The notes below the pieces were generated by a model, which was not told where the DNA came from, did not search any database, and saw nothing but the letters and a program-made list of their open reading frames with translations. This document shows, in pieces, positions 29,907 to 39,456 of a stretch of 64,000 nt of DNA (position 1 is its first letter; every line of letters starts with the position of its first letter). Origin of the DNA: Burkholderiaceae bacterium (GTDB lineage: Bacteria > Pseudomonadota > Gammaproteobacteria > Burkholderiales > Burkholderiaceae_F). The stretch covers positions 20,827 through 84,826 of the forward strand of contig DATBCD010000025.1 in assembly GCA_036270655.1 (NCBI GenBank), read 5' to 3'. Made by a program: the position numbers and the translations under genes.

Positions 29907-31193
29907 TCAATCGATCGTCGCCTCGTCCAGCACCGAGTCGATCATGTTGCGGTTCTTGTCGACGATGCGGATGCGCACCGGGAACCAGTTCAGCTTCTCG
30001 CTGATCCAGACCTCGAGCGATTCATCACCGGACGCGGTGGTGCGGTTCGAAAGCACCCGCAGCGCCGGCAGGTGGCCGAGTCCCGAATCGACTATTTCCT
30101 CTCCCGTCACCGTGAATGTCCAGTGGCTGACGTCGCGCGTGCCGGCCAGCGTGATCGGCATCACGCTGCCGCGCACGAAACGCTCCGGGTAGACCTGGCG
30201 CAGCACCGACAGCTGGAATTGGACGCTCAGGCGGTCCTGCGTTCCGGGTTCGGCCTCGTCCTTCCGGTTGTCCTCGGTGAAGCTGACGCGATGATTGGGC
30301 AGGTCGAACTGGGTGGTCGACATCGGATGGCGGGGGCGCGTCTCGGAATAGCGCTCGGGCTCCAGCCCGAATTCGGGATCGAAAAGGCCTTGCGACGACT
30401 GGCTGAAATTCACCACATCGATGCTCAAGTCCGATTTGTAATGCCCATCCTTGAATTTCCAACGCGTCGTCGTGCGCCCGCGTACCCCGAGCATGAAGCC
30501 TCCGACGCGAACCGTTCCATAGGAGTCGTAGACGAAGCGCGCCGATTTCGGCAGGATCACCTGCACTGCGGCGTGCGCCGGTGGCGCCTGGGCTGCGGGC
30601 TCTGAGGCCGCAGCGGGCGGCGGCGGGGCCGTGGCGGGTGCGCCCCCCACCGCAACGGGTCGATCCGGAGCCGCTGCCGGGGCTGGCGCCGTGGCGGCTG
30701 CGGGCGCCGGCGGTGCCGGGGATGTGGCCGCCGCAGGTTCGGCGGGGGGCGCGGGCGCAGGGGGTGTCACCGTCGGCGGAGCCACAGCCTTGTCGCTGCT
30801 GGCGGCCGGCGCCGCCGTTTCCCGAGGCTTCGATGCGGCCGGACTTTGAGGCGGCGCGTGCGCCGGCGAAGCGGCGGCGGTCGCTGCGGCCCGGCCCGGG
30901 GGCGCGGGTTGGACCGCGGTCAGCGGTGCGACGCCGCCCTTGGTCGATCCCGAGCGTCTGGGCGCGGCGGTCCGGACCACCGCGCGGCGCGCCGGCAACG
31001 CGATCGCAGGCTGCGGCGGCGGCAGCAGCGCCGCGTCGATCATCGGTGGCGGCGGTGCGCGCCTCGGCAGCAGCACGCGGATTCCCGCCAGCGTCTGCCA
31101 AGCTGAAAGATGGATGAAGACCGCCAGCGCAAGCGCGATGGTGGCGCGAAAGGCCAGGCTCGGACGGGCGAATGTCAATGACAGGGAAGACAC
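29907..31193 (-). CDS. DUF3108-like envelope protein with long Pro/Ala-rich linker
   Basis: N-terminal TM, about 200 aa of TonB-like P/A-rich low complexity, then a C-terminal globular domain (FVYDSYGTVRVGGFMLGVRGRTTTRWKFKDGHYKS...) resembling DUF3108. GTG start. Confidence 0.55.
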   Translation of the reverse strand: MSSLSLTFARPSLAFRATIALALAVFIHLSAWQTLAGIRVLLPRRAPPPPMIDAALLPPPQPAIALPARRAVVRTAAPRRSGSTKGGVAPLTAVQPAPPGRAAATAAASPAHAPPQSPAASKPRETAAPAASSDKAVAPPTVTPPAPAPPAEPAAATSPAPPAPAAATAPAPAAAPDRPVAVGGAPATAPPPPAAASEPAAQAPPAHAAVQVILPKSARFVYDSYGTVRVGGFMLGVRGRTTTRWKFKDGHYKSDLSIDVVNFSQSSQGLFDPEFGLEPERYSETRPRHPMSTTQFDLPNHRVSFTEDNRKDEAEPGTQDRLSVQFQLSVLRQVYPERFVRGSVMPITLAGTRDVSHWTFTVTGEEIVDSGLGHLPALRVLSNRTTASGDESLEVWISEKLNWFPVRIRIVDKNRNMIDSVLDEATID

Positions 31194-31252
31194 GACAGGA
31201 AGAATAAGATACAGGGATCGTTCGCTGTTGAACCAGACGCAGGAGACACCCG

Positions 31253-31876
31253 ATGACCGATCCGAATCCGCTGGCCGGGATGCCGCTTGCCGAATCGCTC
31301 GCTAACAATATGAACGAGTCGCTGCAGTGGATGTCCCGCATGTGGGGCAACCCGACCGCCGCTCCATTGGGGGGCACCCAGTCGCCGCTGGCGCCGGGGC
31401 TGCCCTCGATGATGATGCCGACCCTCGATCCGAACGAGCTCGAAAAGCGGATCAACGACTTGCGCACCGTCGAGCACTGGCTCGACATGAACCGCGCGTT
31501 GCTGCACACCACCATCCAGACGCTGGAGATGCAGCGCAACGGGCTGATCGCGCTGCAGTCGATGGCGCGCTCTGCGCAGGCCGGCTCGGCCGCCGCGGGC
31601 TTTGGCCCCGCGGAGCAGGCCGCTTCCGGGGCGGCCGCAAGCTCGCGGGGCGAACCGGCTGCGGGCGCGCAGGCCGCTGCCTTCAACCCGGCGGTGTGGT
31701 GGAACGCGCTGCAGGATCAGTTTGTCCGCGTTGCACAGGCGGCAGCGGCCGAGTCCGAGCGCGCGGCCTCCGCCTCTGAGCCTCAACGTGAAGCCGATGT
31801 CTCGCGTCCGAAACCGCCCACCCAGCCGGCGCAATCGCCCCCGGAAAGCAGCTCGGGCCGCAAAGCGCCCAAGTAG
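31253..31876 (+). CDS. phaM: PhaM-like PHA-granule associated regulatory protein
   Basis: AGGAGA SD. LDPNELEKRINDLRTVEHWLDMNRALLHTTIQTLEMQRNGLIALQSM matches the conserved PhaM core as I recall it. Pro/Lys-containing C-terminal tail. Confidence 0.55.
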   Translation: MTDPNPLAGMPLAESLANNMNESLQWMSRMWGNPTAAPLGGTQSPLAPGLPSMMMPTLDPNELEKRINDLRTVEHWLDMNRALLHTTIQTLEMQRNGLIALQSMARSAQAGSAAAGFGPAEQAASGAAASSRGEPAAGAQAAAFNPAVWWNALQDQFVRVAQAAAAESERAASASEPQREADVSRPKPPTQPAQSPPESSSGRKAPK

Positions 31877-31877
31877 T

Positions 31878-32822
31878 TCACGCGGAGCGGTGCGTGCTGC
31901 GCCAGGTCGCAAGGGCGGGCGCGATGTCGTTGAGCGACCGCAGGGCCAATACGTCGGCCGGCACACGCCGCACCAGGGCCGAGCACGATCCGCCAACCCA
32001 GATCGCGGTGCCGGGCGGAAGCTTGCTGCGCAGCTCGCCGATCCCGTCGATCACCTGGTTCGGATTCAGGGCCTCGCTGAACGACAATGCGGCGATATCC
32101 ACCCGCTGGGCCGTGGCCGCCCGCACGATATCCAGCAGGGGCGTTTGAACGCCGAGAGACACGCATCGGCATCCTTCCAGCGCGAAGAACGCTTCGGCCA
32201 TCAGCAGTCCGAGGCCGTGGGACTCTTGCGGAAAGGTCGTCAGCAGGACCACCGGAGGACGGCTGCCCGGGCGCGGAATCGAGCTGATCGCGTTGCGCAA
32301 CACGACCTGGATCGATTCGGTGTACAGGTGCTCTTCGTAGATCTCCAATCGACCCCGGGCCCAGGCGTCGCCGACCAGCTCGTTCAGCGGCGACACCATT
32401 TCCGCCACGAAGCGCGCCAGTCCGATGCGCAACAGCGACTGCGAAAGCTGGCGGCGCAATTCCTCGACCCGATGCTGGCGAATCAGGTCCAGGTAGACAT
32501 CCAGGCCGCCGTGCAGGCGCGCAACCTCGGCGCGTCGGGCCGCATGCGGCGCTGCCGAATCGGCCAGCCGCGCGAGCTGCTCGATGGCCATCCCGATCAC
32601 CTTGCCCGGCCGATGGCCCTGATCGAGCAACCGCTTCAGCACCCTGAGCTTCTCGACCTCCTGGCGCGAGTAGACCCGCTCGCCGGAGGAATCTCGGGCT
32701 GGAAGCGGAAACCGGTAGCGCCGCTCCCACACGCGCAGCGTGTCCTTGCTCAACCCGGTGTCGCGCTCGACCGCGGCGATTCCGTATGCACCGTCGGCGG
32801 AATCGGAAACCGCATCGTTCAT
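31878..32822 (-). CDS. MerR-family, adenosylcobalamin-binding photoreceptor regulator (CarH/LitR type)
   Basis: N-terminal MerR HTH (YGIAAVERDTGLSKDTLRVWERRY). W-x9-EH (WARGRLEIYEEH). B12 lower-ligand motif E-x-H-x-x-G (QESHGLG), followed by the Rossmann-like B12-binding domain. Confidence 0.8.
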   Translation of the reverse strand: MNDAVSDSADGAYGIAAVERDTGLSKDTLRVWERRYRFPLPARDSSGERVYSRQEVEKLRVLKRLLDQGHRPGKVIGMAIEQLARLADSAAPHAARRAEVARLHGGLDVYLDLIRQHRVEELRRQLSQSLLRIGLARFVAEMVSPLNELVGDAWARGRLEIYEEHLYTESIQVVLRNAISSIPRPGSRPPVVLLTTFPQESHGLGLLMAEAFFALEGCRCVSLGVQTPLLDIVRAATAQRVDIAALSFSEALNPNQVIDGIGELRSKLPPGTAIWVGGSCSALVRRVPADVLALRSLNDIAPALATWRSTHRSA

Positions 32823-33162
32823 GGCGGAGTCGGTGTCTATCTGTCCACGACAAGCTGTCGAAGGTTAGCGTATCACGGCGGAATGCGGAAATCGCGGCCT
32901 TTCAGGCGAATATCGGTTAATCGCTTGGCATGCGCCGACTTACACGCAGGGTGGCCGGCCAAGCGGAGGTTGTTTGTCCAAGTCACGAGACAGGCCTGCC
33001 AGGAAAGAGGCCACAACCGCCTCGCCCGGGCGGTTTGCGAAAACCAAGGGGCTGCGGCACACTCGACGGCTGGTTTGCTGCGGCGCGGCTGCCAAGGAAC
33101 TGCCGCCCGGTGACGCTGTCCCATTCTTGAACTGGACTCTGGACCAAGGTTTCTTTCAGCTG
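32823..33162. promoter_or_regulatory. divergent carH-like / folE2 intergenic region
   Basis: Called by position. Contains palindrome CGACA-agc-TGTCG (32848-32860) and TGTC-N10-GACA (32975-32992). No operator consensus could be verified. Confidence 0.35.
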
Positions 33163-33966
33163 ATGAACGCTCCGGATTCGCTTTTCCTGCCCGACGTGCA
33201 ATCCACGGCCGATCTGCGCCAGCTGGCCATTCAGCAGGTCGGGGTGCGCGCGATTCGACACCCGGTGATGATCGCTTCGGCCAACGGCCCGCAACCGACC
33301 GTTGCGTCGATCGACATGTTCGTCGGGCTGCCCGCGCATCAGAAGGGCACGCACATGTCGCGCTTCATCGCGCTGCTGCAGGAGAACCGCGAGCCGCTGT
33401 CGGCCGAGGTGCTCGGTTCGCTGCTGCGGTCGATGCTGCTCAGGCTCGAGGCCTCCAGCGGGTCGATCGAGGCCCGCTTTGCCTACTTCATCAATAAGGC
33501 GGCCCCGGTGAGCGGGGTCGAAAGCCTGATGGACTACGACGTCACGCTGGGCGCCCGCATGTCGGGCGGCACGCTGACGCTGACGCAGAAGGTCGTGGTT
33601 CCCGTGACCAGCGCGTGCCCGTGCAGCAAGCGGATCGCCGACTACGGTGCGCACAACCAGCGCTCCCACGTATCGGTCCAGGTGGAACTGGCAGCGCCGC
33701 TTGCGCTCGACCAGCAGATCCGGATCGCCGAGACCTCGGGTTCGTGCGAGGTGTGGGCCCTGTTGAAGCGGCCCGACGAGAAGTACGTGACCGAGCAGGC
33801 GTACGACAATCCGAAGTTCGTCGAAGACATGGTGCGCGACGTGGCGCTCGAGTTGAACCGCGATGCGCGGGTGGTCGCCTACACCGTCGAATGCGAAAAT
33901 TTCGAGTCGATACACAACCATTCGGCGTATGCATTGATCGCGCATGACAAGCGCGTGCCCGGCTAG
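33163..33966 (+). CDS. folE2: GTP cyclohydrolase I type 2 (GCYH-IB)
   Basis: Start trimmed to ATG 33163. [66 protein letters not shown] and [13 protein letters not shown] are near-identical to characterised FolE2 motifs. Confidence 0.92.
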   Translation: MNAPDSLFLPDVQSTADLRQLAIQQVGVRAIRHPVMIASANGPQPTVASIDMFVGLPAHQKGTHMSRFIALLQENREPLSAEVLGSLLRSMLLRLEASSGSIEARFAYFINKAAPVSGVESLMDYDVTLGARMSGGTLTLTQKVVVPVTSACPCSKRIADYGAHNQRSHVSVQVELAAPLALDQQIRIAETSGSCEVWALLKRPDEKYVTEQAYDNPKFVEDMVRDVALELNRDARVVAYTVECENFESIHNHSAYALIAHDKRVPG

Positions 33967-34060
33967 CCGCCGCAGGCCGCGCACGATCGGGGGACAGGCA
34001 CTGTTCGAAGACGGGCGCACGCGGTAGTCTTGCGGCAGCCCGTCCAGCGGGAGGCTCGAT

Positions 34061-34930
34061 ATGGACACGGACATGCTCTATCCGGACCTGTTCAAGTCGT
34101 TGGAGGCCGTCCGCTGGAACATGGAAAAGGACGTCCCCTGGGACCGGTTCGACGGCTCGCGCCTGACCGACGACCAGGCGCTGACGATCAAGATGAACGC
34201 GATCACCGAGTGGGCGGCGCTGCCGGCCACCGAGATGTTCCTGCGCGACAACCGGGACGATTCGGACTTCTCCGCGTTCATCTCGGTATGGTTCTTCGAG
34301 GAGCAGAAGCATTCGCTGGTGCTGATCGAGTACTTGCGCCGCTTCCGCCCGCATCTGGTGCCTACCCGGCAGGAGCTGCACAACGTGCGCTTCGAATTCG
34401 ATCCGGCGCCGGCACTGGAGACCCTGATGCTGCACTTCTGCGGCGAGGTGCGCCTGAACCACTGGTACCGGTGCGCTGCCGAATGGCATACCGAACCGGT
34501 GATCTGCCACATCTACGAGCTGCTGTCGCAGGACGAGGCGCGCCATGGCGGCGCCTACCTGCGCTACATGAAAAAGCACCTGGCCGAGCTGGGCGATACC
34601 GCGCGTGCCGCGTTCGCCCGGATCGGGGTGCTGATGGCCAGCGCCCGCCGCACCGACCGGGCGCTGCACCCGACCAATCTGCACGTGAACCGGCGCCTGT
34701 TCCCGCAGGACACGGTGCAGTCGCGGCTGCCGGATCCCGGATGGCTGGACCGCTGGCTCGACCAGCAGATCCGGTTCGATGCGGAGTGGGAGACGCGCGT
34801 GGTCAGGCGCATCCTGCACAACCTGAGCCTGCTGTTCGAGCGCACGTTCGACACCGTGCAGGACCTGAACCGGTATCGCAAGGAGCTCACCGCGAGCCTG
34901 GCGGCAGCCGCTTCGTCGACGGCGGCCTGA
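34061..34930 (+). CDS. ferritin-like diiron protein, soluble acyl-ACP-desaturase-like
   Basis: Two diiron ligand motifs, WFFEEQKHS and LSQDEARHG. N-terminal W-x5-D-x-PW. The layout parallels FA_desaturase_2 proteins. Confidence 0.65.
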   Translation: MDTDMLYPDLFKSLEAVRWNMEKDVPWDRFDGSRLTDDQALTIKMNAITEWAALPATEMFLRDNRDDSDFSAFISVWFFEEQKHSLVLIEYLRRFRPHLVPTRQELHNVRFEFDPAPALETLMLHFCGEVRLNHWYRCAAEWHTEPVICHIYELLSQDEARHGGAYLRYMKKHLAELGDTARAAFARIGVLMASARRTDRALHPTNLHVNRRLFPQDTVQSRLPDPGWLDRWLDQQIRFDAEWETRVVRRILHNLSLLFERTFDTVQDLNRYRKELTASLAAAASSTAA

Positions 34931-34943
34931 ACTGATCGTCTCG

Positions 34944-35951
34944 ATGGGCCAGCTGCCGGGTCATGTGCCGCTGCTGGCCACCACGCGAGGAAGCACGATC
35001 GAGTGCGTGCATTACGGCACGATCGCTGTGTGCGACGTGCGCGGCGATCTGGCGCTCGGCCTGGGGGACGTTCAGGCGCTGAACTTCGCGCGCTCCGCGC
35101 TCAAGCCGCTGCAGGCACTGCCATTCGCCGAGGACAATGGCCCGGGCCGTTTCGGATTCGGGTCGCACGAAGTGGCGCTGATGTGCGCCAGCCACAGCGG
35201 CGAAGCGGTTCACGTGGGGATCGTGCGGCGCATGCTGGCGCGGATCGGCGCGCGCGAGACCGATCTGCAGTGCGGCTGTCACCCGCCGCTTTTCTACGCG
35301 GCCACCGGCAAGCCGGTGCCGCCGGCAGCCCGCTTCGGGGCGCTGACCCACAACTGCTCGGGCAAGCACGCGGGATTTCTAGCCTACTGCCGGCTGTACG
35401 GCCACGGGCTGGCCGATTACCTGGCGCCCGATTCGCCGTTGCAGGTGCGGATCCGCAATACGGTGCAGCAGTTCGCCGCAACGAGCCCGATCGCGTCGGG
35501 GATCGACGGCTGCAGCGCACCGACCTACGCGCTGCCGCTGGCGCGGCTGGCCCAGGTTTATGCGCTGCTGGCGGTCGGTCAGGGAACGGCGCTCGATGCG
35601 CTGCGCTACGCGATGCAGCGCCACCCGGACCTGGTGTCGGGAACAGGACGGTTCGATCTGGCGCTCGCTCGAGCCGGCGGCGGAGACTGGATCGCGAAAT
35701 CGGGGGCCGACGGCGTGCAGGCGATCGGGGTGCGATCGCGCGGGCTGGGAATCGCGGTACGGATTGCCGACGGCAATGCGCGCGCGCTACACACGGCGAC
35801 CGCCGAACTGCTCCACCAGATGGGACTTCTGCCCGCGCCGGCCGACAGCCCGCTGGCCCGGGATTTCCGGCCATCGTTGACCAATTACCGGGGTGTGACG
35901 GTCGGATCGTTGCAGCCGCTGTTTGAGCTGGCCGGGGCCGGCCGGCAATGA
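34944..35951 (+). CDS. asparaginase II (PF06089-like) family amidohydrolase
   Basis: ECVHYGTIAVCDVRGDL...RSALKPLQALP...MCASHSGEAVHV...LQCGCHPP...CSGKHAGFL pattern of the Rhizobium-type asparaginase family. 13 nt after the diiron gene. Confidence 0.7.
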   Translation: MGQLPGHVPLLATTRGSTIECVHYGTIAVCDVRGDLALGLGDVQALNFARSALKPLQALPFAEDNGPGRFGFGSHEVALMCASHSGEAVHVGIVRRMLARIGARETDLQCGCHPPLFYAATGKPVPPAARFGALTHNCSGKHAGFLAYCRLYGHGLADYLAPDSPLQVRIRNTVQQFAATSPIASGIDGCSAPTYALPLARLAQVYALLAVGQGTALDALRYAMQRHPDLVSGTGRFDLALARAGGGDWIAKSGADGVQAIGVRSRGLGIAVRIADGNARALHTATAELLHQMGLLPAPADSPLARDFRPSLTNYRGVTVGSLQPLFELAGAGRQ

Positions 35952-37516
35952 CCCCGGCCCGGGCCGCCGTCGCACCCGATCCTGCGCGATTCCGGTACCG
36001 CTGGCTGGCCGGCGGCGACCTGAACGGTTTTTTTGCGCTGGCGATCGACAACCTCGCGCTGCTCGCCGCGATGAGTGCGATTCTGACCGGCGTCTTCCAT
36101 CTGCCGTCGAGCCTTGTCTTCGGCCGGATGATTCCCGGCACCGCGCTCGGGGTGCTGGTCGGTGACCTGGCTTACACCGCGCTGGCGTTCCGCCTGGCGC
36201 GCCGCGAGCGGCGCCATGACGTGTGCGCGATGCCGCTGGGAGTCGATACGCCGTCGATGTTCGGGCTGTGCTTCGGCGTGATCGGTCCGGCCTGGGTGCT
36301 GACGGCGGACCCCGATCGAACGCTGGCCATCGGCAGCGCGGTGCTGGCGATCATGGGCCTCGTCAAGGTTGCCGCGGCGTTTTTCGGCGATTGGGTGCGC
36401 CGCAGCCTGCCGCGCAGCGCGCTGCTCGCCGCCCTGTCGGCCGTGGCGATGGCGCTGATCTGCTTCTTTCCGATGGCCAAGATCATCGCCGAGCCGGTTG
36501 GCGGCCTGGTCGCGCTGGGCGTCGTCTTGTGCACGCTGATCGGCGGCCGGCGCCTGCCGTTCCGGGTTCCGGCCATGGTCGGCGCCGTGCTGCTCGGCAC
36601 GGCAGCCTGGGCGGCCGCCCATGCGCTCGGCTCGCCGGCCCCGGCGCCTCGACTCGACGGGGTCGGCCTGCAATGGGCGCTGCCGTGGCCGACGCGCGCA
36701 TGGCTCGACGGCCTGGGCGCCTCGCTGCCCTACATCCCGCTGGCGATTCCGTTCGCCCTGGTTACGCTGGTCGGCGGCATCGACAACACCGAAAGCGCCA
36801 GCGCGGCTGGCGACAACTACCCCACGCGCGACATTCTGCTGGTCGAGGCCATCGCGACATTCGTTGCCGCGTTGTGCGGCGGGGTGGTCCAGAACACGCC
36901 GTACATCGGCCATCCCGCGTACAAGAGGATGGGCAGCCGGGCCGGCTACACCGCGGCCACGGGCCTGTTCATCGGACTGGGCGCATTCAGCGGCCTGGTC
37001 GGCGTGCTGCTGTCCTGGCTGCCCGAGACGGTGCTGGTCTCCGTGCTGGTGTTCGTCGGCCTGGAGATCAGCGCGCAGGCGTTTCGGCAGACCGACCCCG
37101 ACCACATGCCGGCGATCGCGATCGCGTTCATTCCGGCCATCGCCCAGCTGGTGCTGATCCATTGGAACGGCCTGCTCGGGGCGCTGCAGCTCGTCCCGGA
37201 AAAGCTGCCTGCCGCGCAGCAGAACACCTATCGCGCGCTGCTGCTGCTGGCCAACGGCTTCATCGTGAGCGCGATGCTGTGGAGCGCGCTGGTGATCGAC
37301 CTGATCGACCGCCGGCGCGGGCGCGCGCTGGTCATTTGCATGCTGGCCGCCGCGCTGACGCTGTTCGGCCTGATCCATTCGCCGTACGCCGATGGCCGCC
37401 TGTTCGTGCCGGGCGGATCGACGCCGCCGTCCACCTGGGCGCTGGCCGCAGGCTATGTGCTGATGGGCGCGGTGACGTGGGCGATCGACCGCCTCGACCG
37501 CGCGGCGCCCGGCTGA
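35948..37516 (+). CDS. polytopic permease, distant NCS2/AzgA-like (assignment tentative)
   Basis: ATGA overlap with the previous gene. About 12 or more hydrophobic segments. ...VEAIATFVAALCGGVVQNTPYIGHPAYKRMGSRAGYT resembles the NCS2 D-x-IAT...T-x-YIES-x-AG region. Confidence 0.5.
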   Translation: MTPARAAVAPDPARFRYRWLAGGDLNGFFALAIDNLALLAAMSAILTGVFHLPSSLVFGRMIPGTALGVLVGDLAYTALAFRLARRERRHDVCAMPLGVDTPSMFGLCFGVIGPAWVLTADPDRTLAIGSAVLAIMGLVKVAAAFFGDWVRRSLPRSALLAALSAVAMALICFFPMAKIIAEPVGGLVALGVVLCTLIGGRRLPFRVPAMVGAVLLGTAAWAAAHALGSPAPAPRLDGVGLQWALPWPTRAWLDGLGASLPYIPLAIPFALVTLVGGIDNTESASAAGDNYPTRDILLVEAIATFVAALCGGVVQNTPYIGHPAYKRMGSRAGYTAATGLFIGLGAFSGLVGVLLSWLPETVLVSVLVFVGLEISAQAFRQTDPDHMPAIAIAFIPAIAQLVLIHWNGLLGALQLVPEKLPAAQQNTYRALLLLANGFIVSAMLWSALVIDLIDRRRGRALVICMLAAALTLFGLIHSPYADGRLFVPGGSTPPSTWALAAGYVLMGAVTWAIDRLDRAAPG

Positions 37517-37547
37517 AAGTCGCCCGTGGGCCCGGCGCCTTCCCGCA

Positions 37548-38564
37548 TCAACCCGTGCTGACCACGATGACCTTGAAGGTGCCCGGAATCGCTTCCGGCC
37601 GCGCCGGCTTCTGACCTTGCGCGGCCGGAGCCTCGGGCCGGAAATCCGCCGTCGGCAGGTAAAGCTTGTGCAAGCCGCGGTCTGCGGCGATGGTGCGAGC
37701 GCCGGGCGCGACCGTGATGGTGGCGAGCGTTTCAAAATGCCCCGGCGTGGTTTCGCCGATGATGCTGGCCGTGCCGTCGCGCCCGTTGGCGCTGATCGCG
37801 TAGCCGTCCAGCCAGACGACGCCATCGGGACCCGCGCCGATGCTCGCCTGGCCGATGACCTTGCGGGTCACCGGATCGCTGACCACCATCAGACCGTTGT
37901 GGCAGACCGAATAGAGCCTTCCCCGGGAGTCCTCGTCCAGTCCGGTCGGGCTGTCGCACGGGGCGATCGAATAGCGCGCGACGAGTTTGCCCGTGCGCGC
38001 GTCCAGAGCGGCGACCTCGGCCGTGTCCTCGACATTGAAGTACACCAGCCCATGGCCATCGACCACCGCGAATTCCGGCTTGCCCCCCACCGGAACCGCC
38101 GCCACCACGGCGCCGGTCTTCGCGTCGGCGAGCGTCGCGTCGTGCGAGCGCCCATTGAAAGCGATCACCCGCCGCGAGACGGGTTCGTAGACGATCGCAT
38201 CCGGATTGGCGCCGGTCTTGATCGACCGCAGCCGGCGCCCGCTGGCAAGGTCGTAGACGCCGATTTCGTCATCGGCGCCGTTGCTCGTGAACACCAGGCC
38301 GAGCTCATCGGCGGTGGCGATGCCGTGCACGCCACGCGTATCGGCCAGCTGCCCGATCAGCGTGTCGTGCGCGGTGTCGATGATGTCGGTCTGCGCGCCG
38401 TGCGCCACGTAAAGGCGGTGCGTGTGCTGGTCGACGAATACGTAGTCCCAGCGGTTGGGCCCGGGCACCGGCAGGCGCGCGGTCACCGTGTAAGCGGGTG
38501 GCGCCGCCAGCGCCGCGGGGGAAAGCAGAAACAGCAGCGCAAGCCTGATCGCAACGATTTTCAA
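37548..38564 (-). CDS. YncE-family beta-propeller repeat protein (secreted)
   Basis: TTG 38564 inferred, 2 nt after the upstream SDR stop. Signal peptide IVAIRLALLFLLSPAALA. Repeated ...LYVA/..VIDT..-type propeller blades. Confidence 0.7.
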   Translation of the reverse strand: MKIVAIRLALLFLLSPAALAAPPAYTVTARLPVPGPNRWDYVFVDQHTHRLYVAHGAQTDIIDTAHDTLIGQLADTRGVHGIATADELGLVFTSNGADDEIGVYDLASGRRLRSIKTGANPDAIVYEPVSRRVIAFNGRSHDATLADAKTGAVVAAVPVGGKPEFAVVDGHGLVYFNVEDTAEVAALDARTGKLVARYSIAPCDSPTGLDEDSRGRLYSVCHNGLMVVSDPVTRKVIGQASIGAGPDGVVWLDGYAISANGRDGTASIIGETTPGHFETLATITVAPGARTIAADRGLHKLYLPTADFRPEAPAAQGQKPARPEAIPGTFKVIVVSTG

Positions 38565-38566
38565 GG

Positions 38567-39289
38567 TCAGATCCCCCAGCCGGTCACCGCCACCGTCTGG
38601 CCGGTGACGCCGGCAGAGGCATCCGAAGCCAGAAAAACGACCACGCGGGCGATATCCTCGCGCCGGGCCCATTTTTTGAGATCCTTCGGCTTCATCGCTT
38701 CGATGTTCGATGCCGTATCGACCAGCCCCGGGGCCACCGCGTTGACGCGGATGCCATGGTCGCGGCCTTCAAGAGCCAGCGTGCGGGTCAGCGCTTCCAC
38801 ACCCGCCTTGGCGCAGTTGTAGGCCACCATGTTGGCCTGAGCCGAGCCGGCCCGGGCAAAATTGACGATCGCGCCGCCGCCGGCGTCACGCAGGCGGGGA
38901 AACGCCGCGCGCGAGCACAGGAAGGCGGCCAGCAGATTGTTCCCGACTTCCTGATTCCAGTCGTCCAGCGTGACCTCGATGGCCGGCTTGTATCGGGTCA
39001 GCCCCCCGGCCAGATTCACGAGGATGTCGAGGCGGCCGTATTCCGAGGCGGCCCGGTCGACCACCTGCCGCACTTCGGTCTCGGCTGTCAGATCCGCCGC
39101 CAGGGGCACGACGCGCGCACCGTCGGCCTTCAACTCCTGCGCCCGGGCCTCGACGTTGCTGCGCGACCGGGCCACGATTGCGAGGGCCGCGCCCTCGGCT
39201 GCCAGCGCCCTTGCGACCGCCTGACCAACCTGCCCGTCGCGGCTGACGCCGGTGACGAGGGCAATCTTGCCGGATAGAAGATTCGCCAT
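38567..39289 (-). CDS. SDR family oxidoreductase
   Basis: GGAGG SD. Start ATG 39289. [19 protein letters not shown] (TGxxxGxG variant), YNCAKAG (YxxxK). Confidence 0.85.
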   Translation of the reverse strand: MANLLSGKIALVTGVSRDGQVGQAVARALAAEGAALAIVARSRSNVEARAQELKADGARVVPLAADLTAETEVRQVVDRAASEYGRLDILVNLAGGLTRYKPAIEVTLDDWNQEVGNNLLAAFLCSRAAFPRLRDAGGGAIVNFARAGSAQANMVAYNCAKAGVEALTRTLALEGRDHGIRVNAVAPGLVDTASNIEAMKPKDLKKWARREDIARVVVFLASDASAGVTGQTVAVTGWGI

Positions 39290-39456
39290 GGAGCACCTCC
39301 CTGTTCGATCTGGTTGCGCCGGTCCCGGGGTCCGTCGTCCATGCGCGACACTATGCACCTTCCACGGCGGCAGCAACCCATGCCGGCGGCGCTGCCTGCC
39401 GCCAGCGGTCCGGTACACTGTGCGTGGAACGACCGCCGCATAGACATACCACCTTC

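Noticed and set aside
30560-31000. Apparent repetitive GC-rich tract that might have been a tandem DNA repeat or CRISPR-like array
   Set aside because: It encodes the Pro/Ala-rich linker of the DUF3108-like protein (PAPPAEPAAATSPAPPAPAAATAPAPAAAP). There is no regular repeat-spacer periodicity at the DNA level.
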